Shown piece by piece: positions 45,465-54,744 of a stretch of 64,000 nt of DNA. Within the stretch, counting starts at the first letter, position 1, and each line of letters starts with the position of its first letter. The DNA comes from an uncultured Thermococci archaeon (GTDB lineage: Archaea > Methanobacteriota_B > Thermococci > Methanofastidiosales > B48-G16), in contig CAZQQT010000001.1 of assembly GCA_964595645.1 (NCBI GenBank), forward strand, positions 96,001-160,000. Direction: 5' to 3'. The notes under the pieces are model-generated. The model made no database searches. It was not told the DNA's origin and saw only the letters and a program-made list of their open reading frames with translations. The position numbers and the translations under genes are program-made.

Positions 45465-48365
45465 TCACCCAAATAGATTCAATCCGTAGAGGATCAGTAT
45501 CGCGATAAGGAGTCCAAAGATAGCAAAGGTCTCCGACATCACGGAGAATATCATACCCTTGCTGAAGGCTTCACTGTTTTTCATTGTGGCTGTAATGCTC
45601 CCTCCTGCAGTAATCCCTTGTCCGATGGCGGAAACTCCAGCGATTCCGGCGGCAAGTCCTGTACCAACAATGGCAATACCGGTGACATACTCTAGTTCGA
45701 TAGCTCCCGAAAGCAGACCTGTGAAATATAATATCAAAATTGCAACCAACAATCCGTAGATCGCCTGTGTCTCGGGTAACACCGAGAACACCATCCCCTT
45801 GCCAAACATTTCATCCTTCTCGGTGACAGATGATACTCCGGATCCAGCTGCAATTCCTTGACCGATACCAGAAAGACCTGCCACACCAATAGAAAGCCCT
45901 GCGCCAACACATGCGATCCCTACACTCAATGGTATTTCTTTGACGACACCCGACAATAGTCCTGTGAAATAGAGGATAAGTATTGCAATGAGCAATCCAT
46001 AGATAGCTTGGGTCTCAGGCAAGACTGAGAATACCATTCCTTTTCCAAACATCTCGTCCTTCTCGGTGACAGATGATACTCCAGAGCTGGCTGCGATCCC
46101 CTGCCCAATGGCAGACAATCCAGCGACGCCGATGGAAAGCCCTGCGCCAACACATGCGATCCCTACGGCTAGTGGAATTTCTTTAATCGTTCCTGATAAT
46201 AACCCTGTAAAATAGAGGATAAGTATTGCAATGAGCAATCCATAGATAGCTTGGGTCTCAGGCAAGACTGAGAATACCATTCCTTTTCCAAACATCTCGT
46301 CCTTCTCGGTGACAGATGATACTCCAGAGCTGGCTGCGATCCCCTGCCCGATACCAGAGAGTCCAGCGACGCCGATGGAAAGCCCTGCGCCAACACATGC
46401 GATCCCTACGGCTAGTGGAATTTCTTTAATCGTTCCTGATAATAACCCTGTAAAATAGAGGATAAGTATTGCAATGAGCAATCCATAGATAGCTTGGGTC
46501 TCAGGCAAGACTGAGAATACCATTCCTTTTCCAAACATCTCGTCCTTCTCGGTGACAGATGATACTCCAGAGCTGGCTGCGATCCCCTGCCCAATGGCAG
46601 ACAATCCAGCGACGCCGATGGAAAGCCCTGCGCCAACACATGCGATCCCTACACTCAATGGTATTTCTTTGACGACACCCGACAATAGTCCTGTGAAGTA
46701 TAATACGAGTATCGCGATTAATAGTCCGTAGATCGCCTGTGTCTCGGGTAACACCGAGAACACCATCCCCTTGCCAAACATTTCATCCTTCTCGGTGACA
46801 GATGATACTCCGGATCCAGCTGCAATTCCTTGACCGATACCAGAAAGACCTGCCACACCAATAGAAAGCCCTGCGCCAACACATGCGATCCCTACACTCA
46901 ATGGTATTTCTTTGACGACACCCGACAATAGTCCTGTGAAATAGAGGATAAGTATTGCAATGAGCAATCCATAGATAGCTTGGGTCTCAGGCAAGACTGA
47001 GAATACCATTCCTTTTCCAAACATCTCGTCCTTCTCGGTGACAGATGATACTCCAGAGCTGGCTGCGATCCCCTGCCCGATACCAGAGAGTCCAGCGACG
47101 CCGATGGAAAGACCTGCGCCGATACACGCAACCCCAATACTCAACGGTAGTTTTTCGACCCTTCCTGAAAGCAGACCTGTGAAATATAGTATCAAAATTG
47201 CAATCAATAGTCCGTAGATCGCCTGTGTCTCGGGTAACACCGAGAACACCATCCCCTTGCCAAACATTTCATCCTTCTCGGTGACAGATGCAACACCCGA
47301 TCCAGCTGCAATGCCCTGCCCAATGGCAGACAATCCAGCGACGCCGATGGAAAGCCCTGCGCCTACGCATGCGATCCCGATAGAGAGGGGAAGCTCTTCA
47401 ATTGTTCCTGATAATAACCCTGTAAAATAGAGGATAAGTATTGCAATGAGCAATCCATAGATAGCTTGGGTCTCAGGCAAGACTGAGAATACCATTCCTT
47501 TTCCAAACATCTCGTCCTTCTCGGTGACAGATGATACTCCAGAGCTGGCTGCGATCCCCTGCCCAATGGCAGACAATCCAGCGACGCCGATGGAAAGACC
47601 TGCGCCGATACACGCAACCCCAATACTCAACGGTAGTTTTTCGACCCTTCCTGAAAGCAGACCTGTGAAATATAGTATCAAAATTGCAATCAATAGTCCG
47701 TAGATCGCCTGTGTCTCGGGTAACACCGAGAACACCATCCCCTTGCCAAACATTTCATCCTTCTCGGTGACACTGGCAATGGCAGATGAAGCTGCGGCGC
47801 CTTGCCCCATGGCCGAGAGTTTTGTCACACCAACGGCGATGCCTGCACCGATACAGCCGAGACCTACAGGAACATTCTCTATTAACTCTCCGCTCATGAT
47901 ACCTGAGAAGTATAAGATGAGGATGGCAACCAACAATCCGTAAATCGCTTGTGTCTCGGGGAGGATAGAGAACACCATGCTCTTTCCTAATGTATCTTCT
48001 CTTTCAGAGACGGAAAGGATTCCGGATCCAGCTGCAATGCCCTGCCCAATGGCAGAGAATCCAGCAAATCCCACAGCAATTCCTGCGCCAAGACATGCAA
48101 GTCCAGTGGCAAGAGGGATTTCACTGGCACCTGAGACCACGCCTGTTTGGACGATTATCAGGACAGCGGTTAGCAATCCATAGATCCCCTGAGTTTGCGG
48201 GAGTGCTTGGAACATTAGCGCTCTGGAGAACTTTGACGAGTCTTCAGCGACAATTCGTGCACCCATACTTCCTGAAATTCCAGTACCGATACCCGAACCG
48301 AGTCCTGCTCCGCCTACGGCAATTCCCGCCCCTATCGCACAGAGTGCGGCTCCTTCAGTGATCAC
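45465..48365 (-). CDS. atpK: A1AO ATP synthase subunit c/K, 12 fused hairpins (966 aa)
   Basis: 1x PQTQGIYG, 10x PETQAIYG, 1x SETFAIFG at about 81-aa spacing, each with a Gly-rich helix; lies between atpI and atpE. Confidence 0.95.
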   Translation of the reverse strand: MITEGAALCAIGAGIAVGGAGLGSGIGTGISGSMGARIVAEDSSKFSRALMFQALPQTQGIYGLLTAVLIIVQTGVVSGASEIPLATGLACLGAGIAVGFAGFSAIGQGIAAGSGILSVSEREDTLGKSMVFSILPETQAIYGLLVAILILYFSGIMSGELIENVPVGLGCIGAGIAVGVTKLSAMGQGAAASSAIASVTEKDEMFGKGMVFSVLPETQAIYGLLIAILILYFTGLLSGRVEKLPLSIGVACIGAGLSIGVAGLSAIGQGIAASSGVSSVTEKDEMFGKGMVFSVLPETQAIYGLLIAILILYFTGLLSGTIEELPLSIGIACVGAGLSIGVAGLSAIGQGIAAGSGVASVTEKDEMFGKGMVFSVLPETQAIYGLLIAILILYFTGLLSGRVEKLPLSIGVACIGAGLSIGVAGLSGIGQGIAASSGVSSVTEKDEMFGKGMVFSVLPETQAIYGLLIAILILYFTGLLSGVVKEIPLSVGIACVGAGLSIGVAGLSGIGQGIAAGSGVSSVTEKDEMFGKGMVFSVLPETQAIYGLLIAILVLYFTGLLSGVVKEIPLSVGIACVGAGLSIGVAGLSAIGQGIAASSGVSSVTEKDEMFGKGMVFSVLPETQAIYGLLIAILILYFTGLLSGTIKEIPLAVGIACVGAGLSIGVAGLSGIGQGIAASSGVSSVTEKDEMFGKGMVFSVLPETQAIYGLLIAILILYFTGLLSGTIKEIPLAVGIACVGAGLSIGVAGLSAIGQGIAASSGVSSVTEKDEMFGKGMVFSVLPETQAIYGLLIAILILYFTGLLSGVVKEIPLSVGIACVGAGLSIGVAGLSGIGQGIAAGSGVSSVTEKDEMFGKGMVFSVLPETQAIYGLLVAILILYFTGLLSGAIELEYVTGIAIVGTGLAAGIAGVSAIGQGITAGGSITATMKNSEAFSKGMIFSVMSETFAIFGLLIAILILYGLNLFG
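45710..47780. repeat. Near-identical 243-bp tandem repeats within atpK
   Basis: PETQ codons recur at about 45766, 46007, 46250, 46493, 46736, 46979, 47222, 47465 and 47708; the block from about 45760 recurs 972 bp later. Confidence 0.95.
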
Positions 48366-50236
48366 TCAACCACCTCAGTGAGCTTTCTTTCCATTTTAAA
48401 CGGTGTGAATTCTTTTCCTCCGCTTTCGTAGAACTTCGAGAAAAACTCCACGTAATGAAGCCTGAGGGAGTGGACAAAGGATCCAAGCGCTTCCAAAACG
48501 AAGTTGAAGAGTTGACCACCGATAAAGACAATAACTGCAAGGATGATTCCCATGATGGGGAATCCGTATACCATTTTGGCGACAATATTTACCGTCATGG
48601 CAATCCCCGATGTTGCGAGTGCTAGAGCCAAAATTCGTGCATAGGAGAGCCAATCTCCCAAAAATCCTGTGAACTCGAAAAATGAGAGACCTTTTTTATC
48701 ATACGCTATCATTAGCGCACCGATGCCAGCACATACAATTCCAACAGTGTTCACTGTATCGGAGATAGTGAACCACTGGAAGAACTTTCCGATAAGGATT
48801 CCTCCACCTATCTGTGCGAAGTACCAGCTCACGTTCTCTAGGATAGCAGATTTGTATTTTTTGTCCATGATGTTGTTGGCCATTCCCAGTGTAATTCCAA
48901 TATTTAAATGGACAATACCGAGTATCAACGCCAGTTTTAAGATAGTCATCGGGTCGTTTATGGGATTTACCAGAGCGGGGAGCTGATACCCACCGTAATC
49001 GAGAATATCTCCAAAATAACTCCCCATCGCGATACCAGCGATCATTGTTGCTATACCGCAGGTGAGGAGGATGTAGGAAAAGTCTCGCATTCCTTTACTC
49101 TTTTTTCCTGCACCCTTGTAGAGAAAGAACGCGATTACTGTTTGTATGAATCCGTAGAAAAAATCTCCAAACATGATTGCATAAAAAAGTATATAAATCG
49201 GGGCGACGATGAATGTAGGATCGATCTCCGAGTACTTTGGTGTTCCGAACATATTTACGAGCATTTCGTATGGGCGTATTGGCGCAGGATTGGAGAGAGT
49301 AACAGGAGGATCCTCATTTTCCACTGTCTCTAGATGACAGTATCCCTCTGTAGTAGTTTCCACTTCTTCACTAAGCTTTTTTACTTCTTTTTCAGGTACA
49401 TACCCTGTAATGGCAATTGTTTTCTCAGTTCTCCCAAATTTTGTTGGGATATCTGCTCTCTCTTTTTCTATTTCCAAAATTTCTTGATATGCCTTAAAAG
49501 GGACTTCTTTCTTCTCCTTTGTTTCTTTTATTTCTTTTTCACATTCTTCTATTTCTTCCTCATGATTTTTTATTTCTTTTTCTATTCTTTTGAGGTTTTC
49601 GTTTGGTGTTCCTGTTTTATCCAGTTTTATCACACTTATTTTACCCTGCACCATATTCATTTTATCGGTAGGGACAATTACAAGAGAATACTCTCCTTTT
49701 TTATACACTTCTATTTCATCATCTTCTATTTCTTCTTTGAGTTTTCCTATAGCGATATAGATGAATTTTCCTCTCCCTAAATATTTTAGATCTATATCGA
49801 ACTTTATTTCTGAGAGCAGTGCATGTTCACTCTGAAGATACTCTATTTTTTCCCTCTTTTTCCTTATTTTTTCAGAAATATTTTCTATCCGATCGTAGAT
49901 TTTCTCGATCTCGTTGGAACGCTCTTCTAAAAATGTGTCGAACTCTGGGAATTTCCGTGTTTCCTTCTCTTTGTAACGTAAATACTCGTTTAAAAGAGAG
50001 GTTACCTGTTCTTTTTTTGTTTTTTCTTCTTTTATTAAAGAAAAAGTTTCAAATATCCTTTCTATTTTTGTTAAAAGAGAGTTTATTTCTCGTGAATGTT
50101 CTAGAGGAGCATCTTTCCCCATTTCAGCGGTACTGATTTGCATTACGCCCTTTTTGTGGAGATATTCTATTATTTTTTGCCCATATTCTTCTGTAGAAAT
50201 GATAAGAATTTTATTCATCCTCTGGGGCAGGAACAT
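48362..50236 (-). CDS. atpI: A1AO ATP synthase subunit I (a)
   Basis: PKYSEIDPT, MFGDFFYG, DWLSYARILALAL, HSLRLHYVEFFSKFY. Confidence 0.96.
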   Translation of the reverse strand: MFLPQRMNKILIISTEEYGQKIIEYLHKKGVMQISTAEMGKDAPLEHSREINSLLTKIERIFETFSLIKEEKTKKEQVTSLLNEYLRYKEKETRKFPEFDTFLEERSNEIEKIYDRIENISEKIRKKREKIEYLQSEHALLSEIKFDIDLKYLGRGKFIYIAIGKLKEEIEDDEIEVYKKGEYSLVIVPTDKMNMVQGKISVIKLDKTGTPNENLKRIEKEIKNHEEEIEECEKEIKETKEKKEVPFKAYQEILEIEKERADIPTKFGRTEKTIAITGYVPEKEVKKLSEEVETTTEGYCHLETVENEDPPVTLSNPAPIRPYEMLVNMFGTPKYSEIDPTFIVAPIYILFYAIMFGDFFYGFIQTVIAFFLYKGAGKKSKGMRDFSYILLTCGIATMIAGIAMGSYFGDILDYGGYQLPALVNPINDPMTILKLALILGIVHLNIGITLGMANNIMDKKYKSAILENVSWYFAQIGGGILIGKFFQWFTISDTVNTVGIVCAGIGALMIAYDKKGLSFFEFTGFLGDWLSYARILALALATSGIAMTVNIVAKMVYGFPIMGIILAVIVFIGGQLFNFVLEALGSFVHSLRLHYVEFFSKFYESGGKEFTPFKMERKLTEVVE

Positions 50237-50240
50237 CGAT

Positions 50241-50552
50241 TCACCTTTGCGTTATCTTTTCGAGACAGTATTCTATTGCTCTTTCCCAGTTTTTTTCTGC
50301 TTTTTCTTCTATATCTTTTAGTTTTTGTGCGCTCTGTTTTTCTATTTCCTTCGCCTTTGCTTCAGCTTCTTTTTTTTTCTGTTCTTTTATACGTTCTACC
50401 TCTCTTTTTGCATCTTCGGTAGCATCGTTTATGATCTCCTCGCTTTTTTTGTGTATTTTATTTAGTTCCGTTTCCATTCTTTCCTCGACTTCTTCCACTC
50501 TCTTTTTTGCTTTTTCTTCAGCATTCCTCACTTTTTCGACTGTTTCTTCCAC
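50241..50552 (-). CDS. atpH: A1AO ATP synthase subunit H (G-like peripheral stalk)
   Basis: VRNAEEKAKK coiled coil directly upstream of atpI. Confidence 0.8.
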   Translation of the reverse strand: MEETVEKVRNAEEKAKKRVEEVEERMETELNKIHKKSEEIINDATEDAKREVERIKEQKKKEAEAKAKEIEKQSAQKLKDIEEKAEKNWERAIEYCLEKITQR

Positions 50553-50556
50553 AGGA

Positions 50557-51210
50557 TCACTCCATGAACATCTTTTTTACAAGGGGTACAACTCGTGCCT
50601 TTGCGAGAACCATGATTCTATCTCCTTCTTTGAGTTCTGTATTCCCTTTTGGGATGGTGAGATCACCTTCCTTGTTGTACACTGCCACAATCAAGAAATC
50701 CCGAGGAGATATGTTTTTAAGTTTTTTCCCTACTACCGGTGAGTTTTCACTTATCCTCATTTCGAGTATTTCGGCCTGACCCTCTGCGAGGACAGTAAGA
50801 TCGATCACATCGGGTTTCATTATCAACTTTTCTATATGAATTGCGGTAGTAAGCTCTGGAGAGACCACAGCACTCACACCGAGTTTTTCGAAGACCTCCC
50901 TGTTTTCGGGATTGGAAGTCCGTGCCACAGCTACAGGAACATCATAATCCTTTGCAAGAAGACATGCCATAAGGTTTATTTCATCCCGTTTTGTCAGGCC
51001 TACTAGTGCGTAGGCATCCTCAATGTTTGCCTCCTCCAATGCCTTTATCGTTGTACCGTCCTCGTTAAGAACAAGCGCATCTACCTCATTTGCAATGAAG
51101 TTAGCCCTCTCTTTATCCTTTTCTATCACGGTGACTTCATGTCCTGCATTTACGAGGAGTTTAGAGAGGTTGAATCCGATTCGCCCTCCTCCAACGATAA
51201 TTACATACAT
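50557..51210 (-). CDS. trkA: Trk potassium uptake NAD-binding (RCK) subunit
   Basis: IVGGGRIG, VIEKD, DGT..ALEEANI, TrkA-C domain. Confidence 0.92.
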   Translation of the reverse strand: MYVIIVGGGRIGFNLSKLLVNAGHEVTVIEKDKERANFIANEVDALVLNEDGTTIKALEEANIEDAYALVGLTKRDEINLMACLLAKDYDVPVAVARTSNPENREVFEKLGVSAVVSPELTTAIHIEKLIMKPDVIDLTVLAEGQAEILEMRISENSPVVGKKLKNISPRDFLIVAVYNKEGDLTIPKGNTELKEGDRIMVLAKARVVPLVKKMFME

Positions 51211-51211
51211 C

Positions 51212-52873
51212 CTATCGTCCTACAATCTTCTTTATCATATTTCCATACGCTGGTCTTGTTATAAAGATACCGACGAGTATCCCAATAATAGTGACTATCG
51301 CGAACCCTCTCAACACACCCAGTTGCATGTACGCTAGAGGTGTCATGGCAATAACTGTAGTTGCCGCCGAGGCAAATATAATTGAAAAAGCTGCAGAGAC
51401 ACGTTTTACTAGGCTCTGTCGTGAGCGAGTTTTTCCTCGGAGTACCTCATCGGTAATGATTACCAGCTGGTCCACACCTGTACCCAATGTCGCGATAAGT
51501 CCTCCAATGGAAGGAAGGTCCAGCTGCTGAATTTGTGTTGCTATTCCCAGTACGATAAGTGTCTCGCTGAAGCCGGCAATCAGCAGGGGAATCACAATCA
51601 TACTCTCTTTATACCGCAGATATACGATAAACGCAACGGCGAGTATTGCGAGGATTATTGCAGAGAATACTCCTTTGAGGAAGTTTTTTCCAAGTACGGG
51701 ATCGACGTATCCTTCACTCACTATTTCTGGTTTCACAGGGAGAGAGCCTGCTCTCAGATGGGTTTCTAACTGTTGAGCTCTCTGTCTTGCTTCTTCACCT
51801 GTTCCGGTACTCGCGATTAATGTATTGTCAGTCCACACTCCACTTTTTATACTGGAGGCCAGTGACGTATTGAGAGGGGCCTTGAATACCTCCTTTTCAT
51901 CGAGGTACATGGCTATTGGATGGGCTTGCGGATTATCTGTAGCACCGTATTGAATCGTCATTTCAATGAATGTCTGAGCTGCCGAATTGGTGAGTTCAAA
52001 TGGTACCCCCCACGAACCTTGCATTCCTTCTCTTCTGTACGGACTGACTCTCTTGATTGAGGCACCTGTACAGATCCGTTCTGTTTTTGTCTCGTTGACG
52101 AATATTTTGATCTCGAATTTTCCTGGCTGTGCGACGTATTGACGTGCCTCTTCAAGGGGCATTCCGGCGAGATCAACGAGGATGTAGTCTTCCCCCCATG
52201 TTCTCACTCGTATATCCTTTAATCCGGCATAGTTCAGTTTTGTGTTAATGATATTCTTTGTCTGTTCTGTCGTGTGAGAAGATACACGATTTTCATAACT
52301 TATTAGTTCTATTCCTGCCTCATTTAATTGTTCCTCTAGTATTTCCTGAGATTTATTTTTTATTTCTTCTTCAGTCATCCCTTTCTTTTCTTCTTCGGAT
52401 AAAATAGGTCCTCGTATCTCGTATTTGCTCGTTTCGCCCTTTTCGAGAAGTAGAATTTCATGTTCTGTAATGTTTTCAAGGTACGATGCGATGGCACCTT
52501 CGTCTGTAATATTGAGCGTGACGGTGTTATCTTTGATTGTAGGTGTCCCGTATCCAAGCTCTTCTAGATTTTTGGCTGTTGCATTTCCATCTTTCACCGT
52601 AAATTCAATGGATTCTTCTCCCGAACTTGAGAGCTCGTATTGTTCTCCCAGTTCATAAGCGAGGATATCCTCTTTACTTCCTTGGAGTTCTACAATACTC
52701 CCCTCCAACCGTAGCTGTATGGATGAACCTCCGACGAAGTCCAGACCCATCTGGACATCCGTCGTAAAGTTTCCATTTTCATAGTTCGGGGAAATGGAAA
52801 TAACAGATAATACGATTGCAATGAGCAGTAAGATGATGCGGAAATCCTTGAAAAAGTCGAAGCGGGATCTCAT
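51212..52873 (-). CDS. secD: Protein translocase subunit SecD
   Basis: GLDFVGGS, LRAGSLP, GTGVDQLVIITDE, LRGFAIVT. Confidence 0.93.
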   Translation of the reverse strand: MRSRFDFFKDFRIILLLIAIVLSVISISPNYENGNFTTDVQMGLDFVGGSSIQLRLEGSIVELQGSKEDILAYELGEQYELSSSGEESIEFTVKDGNATAKNLEELGYGTPTIKDNTVTLNITDEGAIASYLENITEHEILLLEKGETSKYEIRGPILSEEEKKGMTEEEIKNKSQEILEEQLNEAGIELISYENRVSSHTTEQTKNIINTKLNYAGLKDIRVRTWGEDYILVDLAGMPLEEARQYVAQPGKFEIKIFVNETKTERICTGASIKRVSPYRREGMQGSWGVPFELTNSAAQTFIEMTIQYGATDNPQAHPIAMYLDEKEVFKAPLNTSLASSIKSGVWTDNTLIASTGTGEEARQRAQQLETHLRAGSLPVKPEIVSEGYVDPVLGKNFLKGVFSAIILAILAVAFIVYLRYKESMIVIPLLIAGFSETLIVLGIATQIQQLDLPSIGGLIATLGTGVDQLVIITDEVLRGKTRSRQSLVKRVSAAFSIIFASAATTVIAMTPLAYMQLGVLRGFAIVTIIGILVGIFITRPAYGNMIKKIVGR

Positions 52874-52875
52874 TT

Positions 52876-53775
52876 TTACCGCCTCCTCACTGGATATTTC
52901 TTTCCTTTGGACGATTCTCTAAGCAGGTACCATTTTAAAAGTCCCGCGTTGAACATCCACGTGTTCATGAGATCCACAGTAAGCCCCAAGGCCAAGATAG
53001 CAGCCATATCCATGAGAATATGGGTGCCGATCTCATAGGCAACAATAAAAAGAACGGTCATCGCCGCAATAGTCGTAAATGTCATTGTGAGTCCCGTCCC
53101 CATGGCTTCTCTTATTTTTTCATCTGTTTTCCCTCTTCTCTTCAACAATCGAGTGGTAAGGAGAATATCGCTGTCAACGGAGTAACCTATCATCATTAAA
53201 AGTGCTGCAATCGTCCCTAAACTCAATTTTATATTGAGGAGGTACATTATAGCCGCAGTGACAACGATGTCCGCAAAGGCAGAAATAATTACAGCAATGG
53301 AAGGGTACGGTGTTCTAAACACGATAAAAACGACAATAGTCATACCGATAAACGCGTAGAGGAGTGCTTCCATGGCCTGTCTTCTCAGATCTTCTCCAAG
53401 GGTGGCCCCCATATGTTCCGTACTCACCTTCGCATCAGGATATGTTGAGAGAATGGCTTCCTTCAACATGACAGAGTCAACTGATGCTGGGGCTTCAACT
53501 CTATACCTATCCCCCGAGCTCCTCACGGTGATTTCAGGGTCGTCAAACTCTTCTTGGAGCTTTTCTTCTAACGATCCCTCTTCAATTGTTATATTCTGAA
53601 TGTATGCCGCCGTTCCTCCTTCAAGTTCCATTCCATAGTCTATAGGTCTCCCCAAACGAAGGTAATTAGATCCTAGAAGGAGAAGAGCAATTATAAGCAC
53701 TGTTACTGGGATCAACATTAATTTTTTATAAGGGTATTTAGTAACATCTACCTTATCTATTATCTCCTTGAACAT
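52876..53775 (-). CDS. secF: Protein translocase subunit SecF
   Basis: GMELEGG, IGYSVDSDILLT, DLMNTWMFN. Confidence 0.93.
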   Translation of the reverse strand: MFKEIIDKVDVTKYPYKKLMLIPVTVLIIALLLLGSNYLRLGRPIDYGMELEGGTAAYIQNITIEEGSLEEKLQEEFDDPEITVRSSGDRYRVEAPASVDSVMLKEAILSTYPDAKVSTEHMGATLGEDLRRQAMEALLYAFIGMTIVVFIVFRTPYPSIAVIISAFADIVVTAAIMYLLNIKLSLGTIAALLMMIGYSVDSDILLTTRLLKRRGKTDEKIREAMGTGLTMTFTTIAAMTVLFIVAYEIGTHILMDMAAILALGLTVDLMNTWMFNAGLLKWYLLRESSKGKKYPVRRR

Positions 53776-53846
53776 TGTATCTCTCCTAAATTATTTATAG
53801 TGTCGAATCAGTACAGTGCGTATATAAAGTTAACGGAGTTTTGCTC

Positions 53847-54590
53847 ATGATTTCAGAAGGAGATACAATACTGCTCATTGACAAAAAAGGGAAAAAATAT
53901 ATGAGGAAATGTAAAGGCGAGTTTCATTCGCACTATGGAGTGATGAATCTCGATGATCTTATAGGGAAAGAGTACGGTATCACTGCAAAAACTCATAAAG
54001 AGGAACGGTTTGCCGTGGTGGAACCCACCTTCATTGATTATATCGAGGAGATGAGAAAAATGCCGCAAATAATCCGGCCCAAAGATGCTGCGGTGATCCT
54101 CGCTGTCACCGGACTGAGTAGCGGCTGTAGAGTGGTGGAGGCAGGGGCGGGATCGGGAGCGCTCACTGTCTTTCTTGCTACTATTGTCGATCCGGGTCAA
54201 GTGTATAGCTATGAGATACGAGAAGACTTTGCACAGGTGGCCGAGAAGAATATCAACGGGTATGGACTCGATAATGTCTCTATAAAAGTAAAGGACGTGT
54301 ACGAAGGTATCGATGAGCGTAATGTGGATCTTGTGGCACTGGATCTGCCGGAGCCAGAAAAGGCACTGGAGACCGCGTACGAATCACTGAAATTTGGTGG
54401 ATTTGTTTTTGCGTACACACCGTCACTCGAACAGATGCTCCGCTTCAGAAAAAAAGCGAAAGATCACTTTCATGTGAGGACTGTAGAGTCTCTACTGAGA
54501 GAATATGAATCAAAAAAGATGGGAACAAGACCTAAAACGTTAATGATGGGCCATACAGGATTTTTAACCTTTGGAAGAAAAATATTTTAA
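53847..54590 (+). CDS. trmI: tRNA (adenine-N1) methyltransferase
   Basis: PQIIRPKD, VVEAGAGSGALT, LDLPEP, HTGFL. Confidence 0.93.
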   Translation: MISEGDTILLIDKKGKKYMRKCKGEFHSHYGVMNLDDLIGKEYGITAKTHKEERFAVVEPTFIDYIEEMRKMPQIIRPKDAAVILAVTGLSSGCRVVEAGAGSGALTVFLATIVDPGQVYSYEIREDFAQVAEKNINGYGLDNVSIKVKDVYEGIDERNVDLVALDLPEPEKALETAYESLKFGGFVFAYTPSLEQMLRFRKKAKDHFHVRTVESLLREYESKKMGTRPKTLMMGHTGFLTFGRKIF

Positions 54591-54744
54591 TTGCTATCAA
54601 CAAAAATAGTACTCCAGTGTCAATCCCCCACATGAATTCCGTTAATGGGCTTTTCGCGTCTGTTCTTTTGTGTTTAGAGCAAAAAGGGAGATTGTTTGGG
54701 ATCTTCCGAAAGTTTTTTTAATTTAGCTAGAGGCAGATAGTAAT

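Noticed and set aside
45926-47623. Repeated 75-86-aa minus-strand ORFs (MLAQGFPSASLD...)
   Set aside because: They are alternative-frame shadows of the atpK repeat.
45710-47780. Regular repeats as a CRISPR array
   Set aside because: The unit is 243 bp, in-frame and protein-coding, with no unique spacers and no cas genes.
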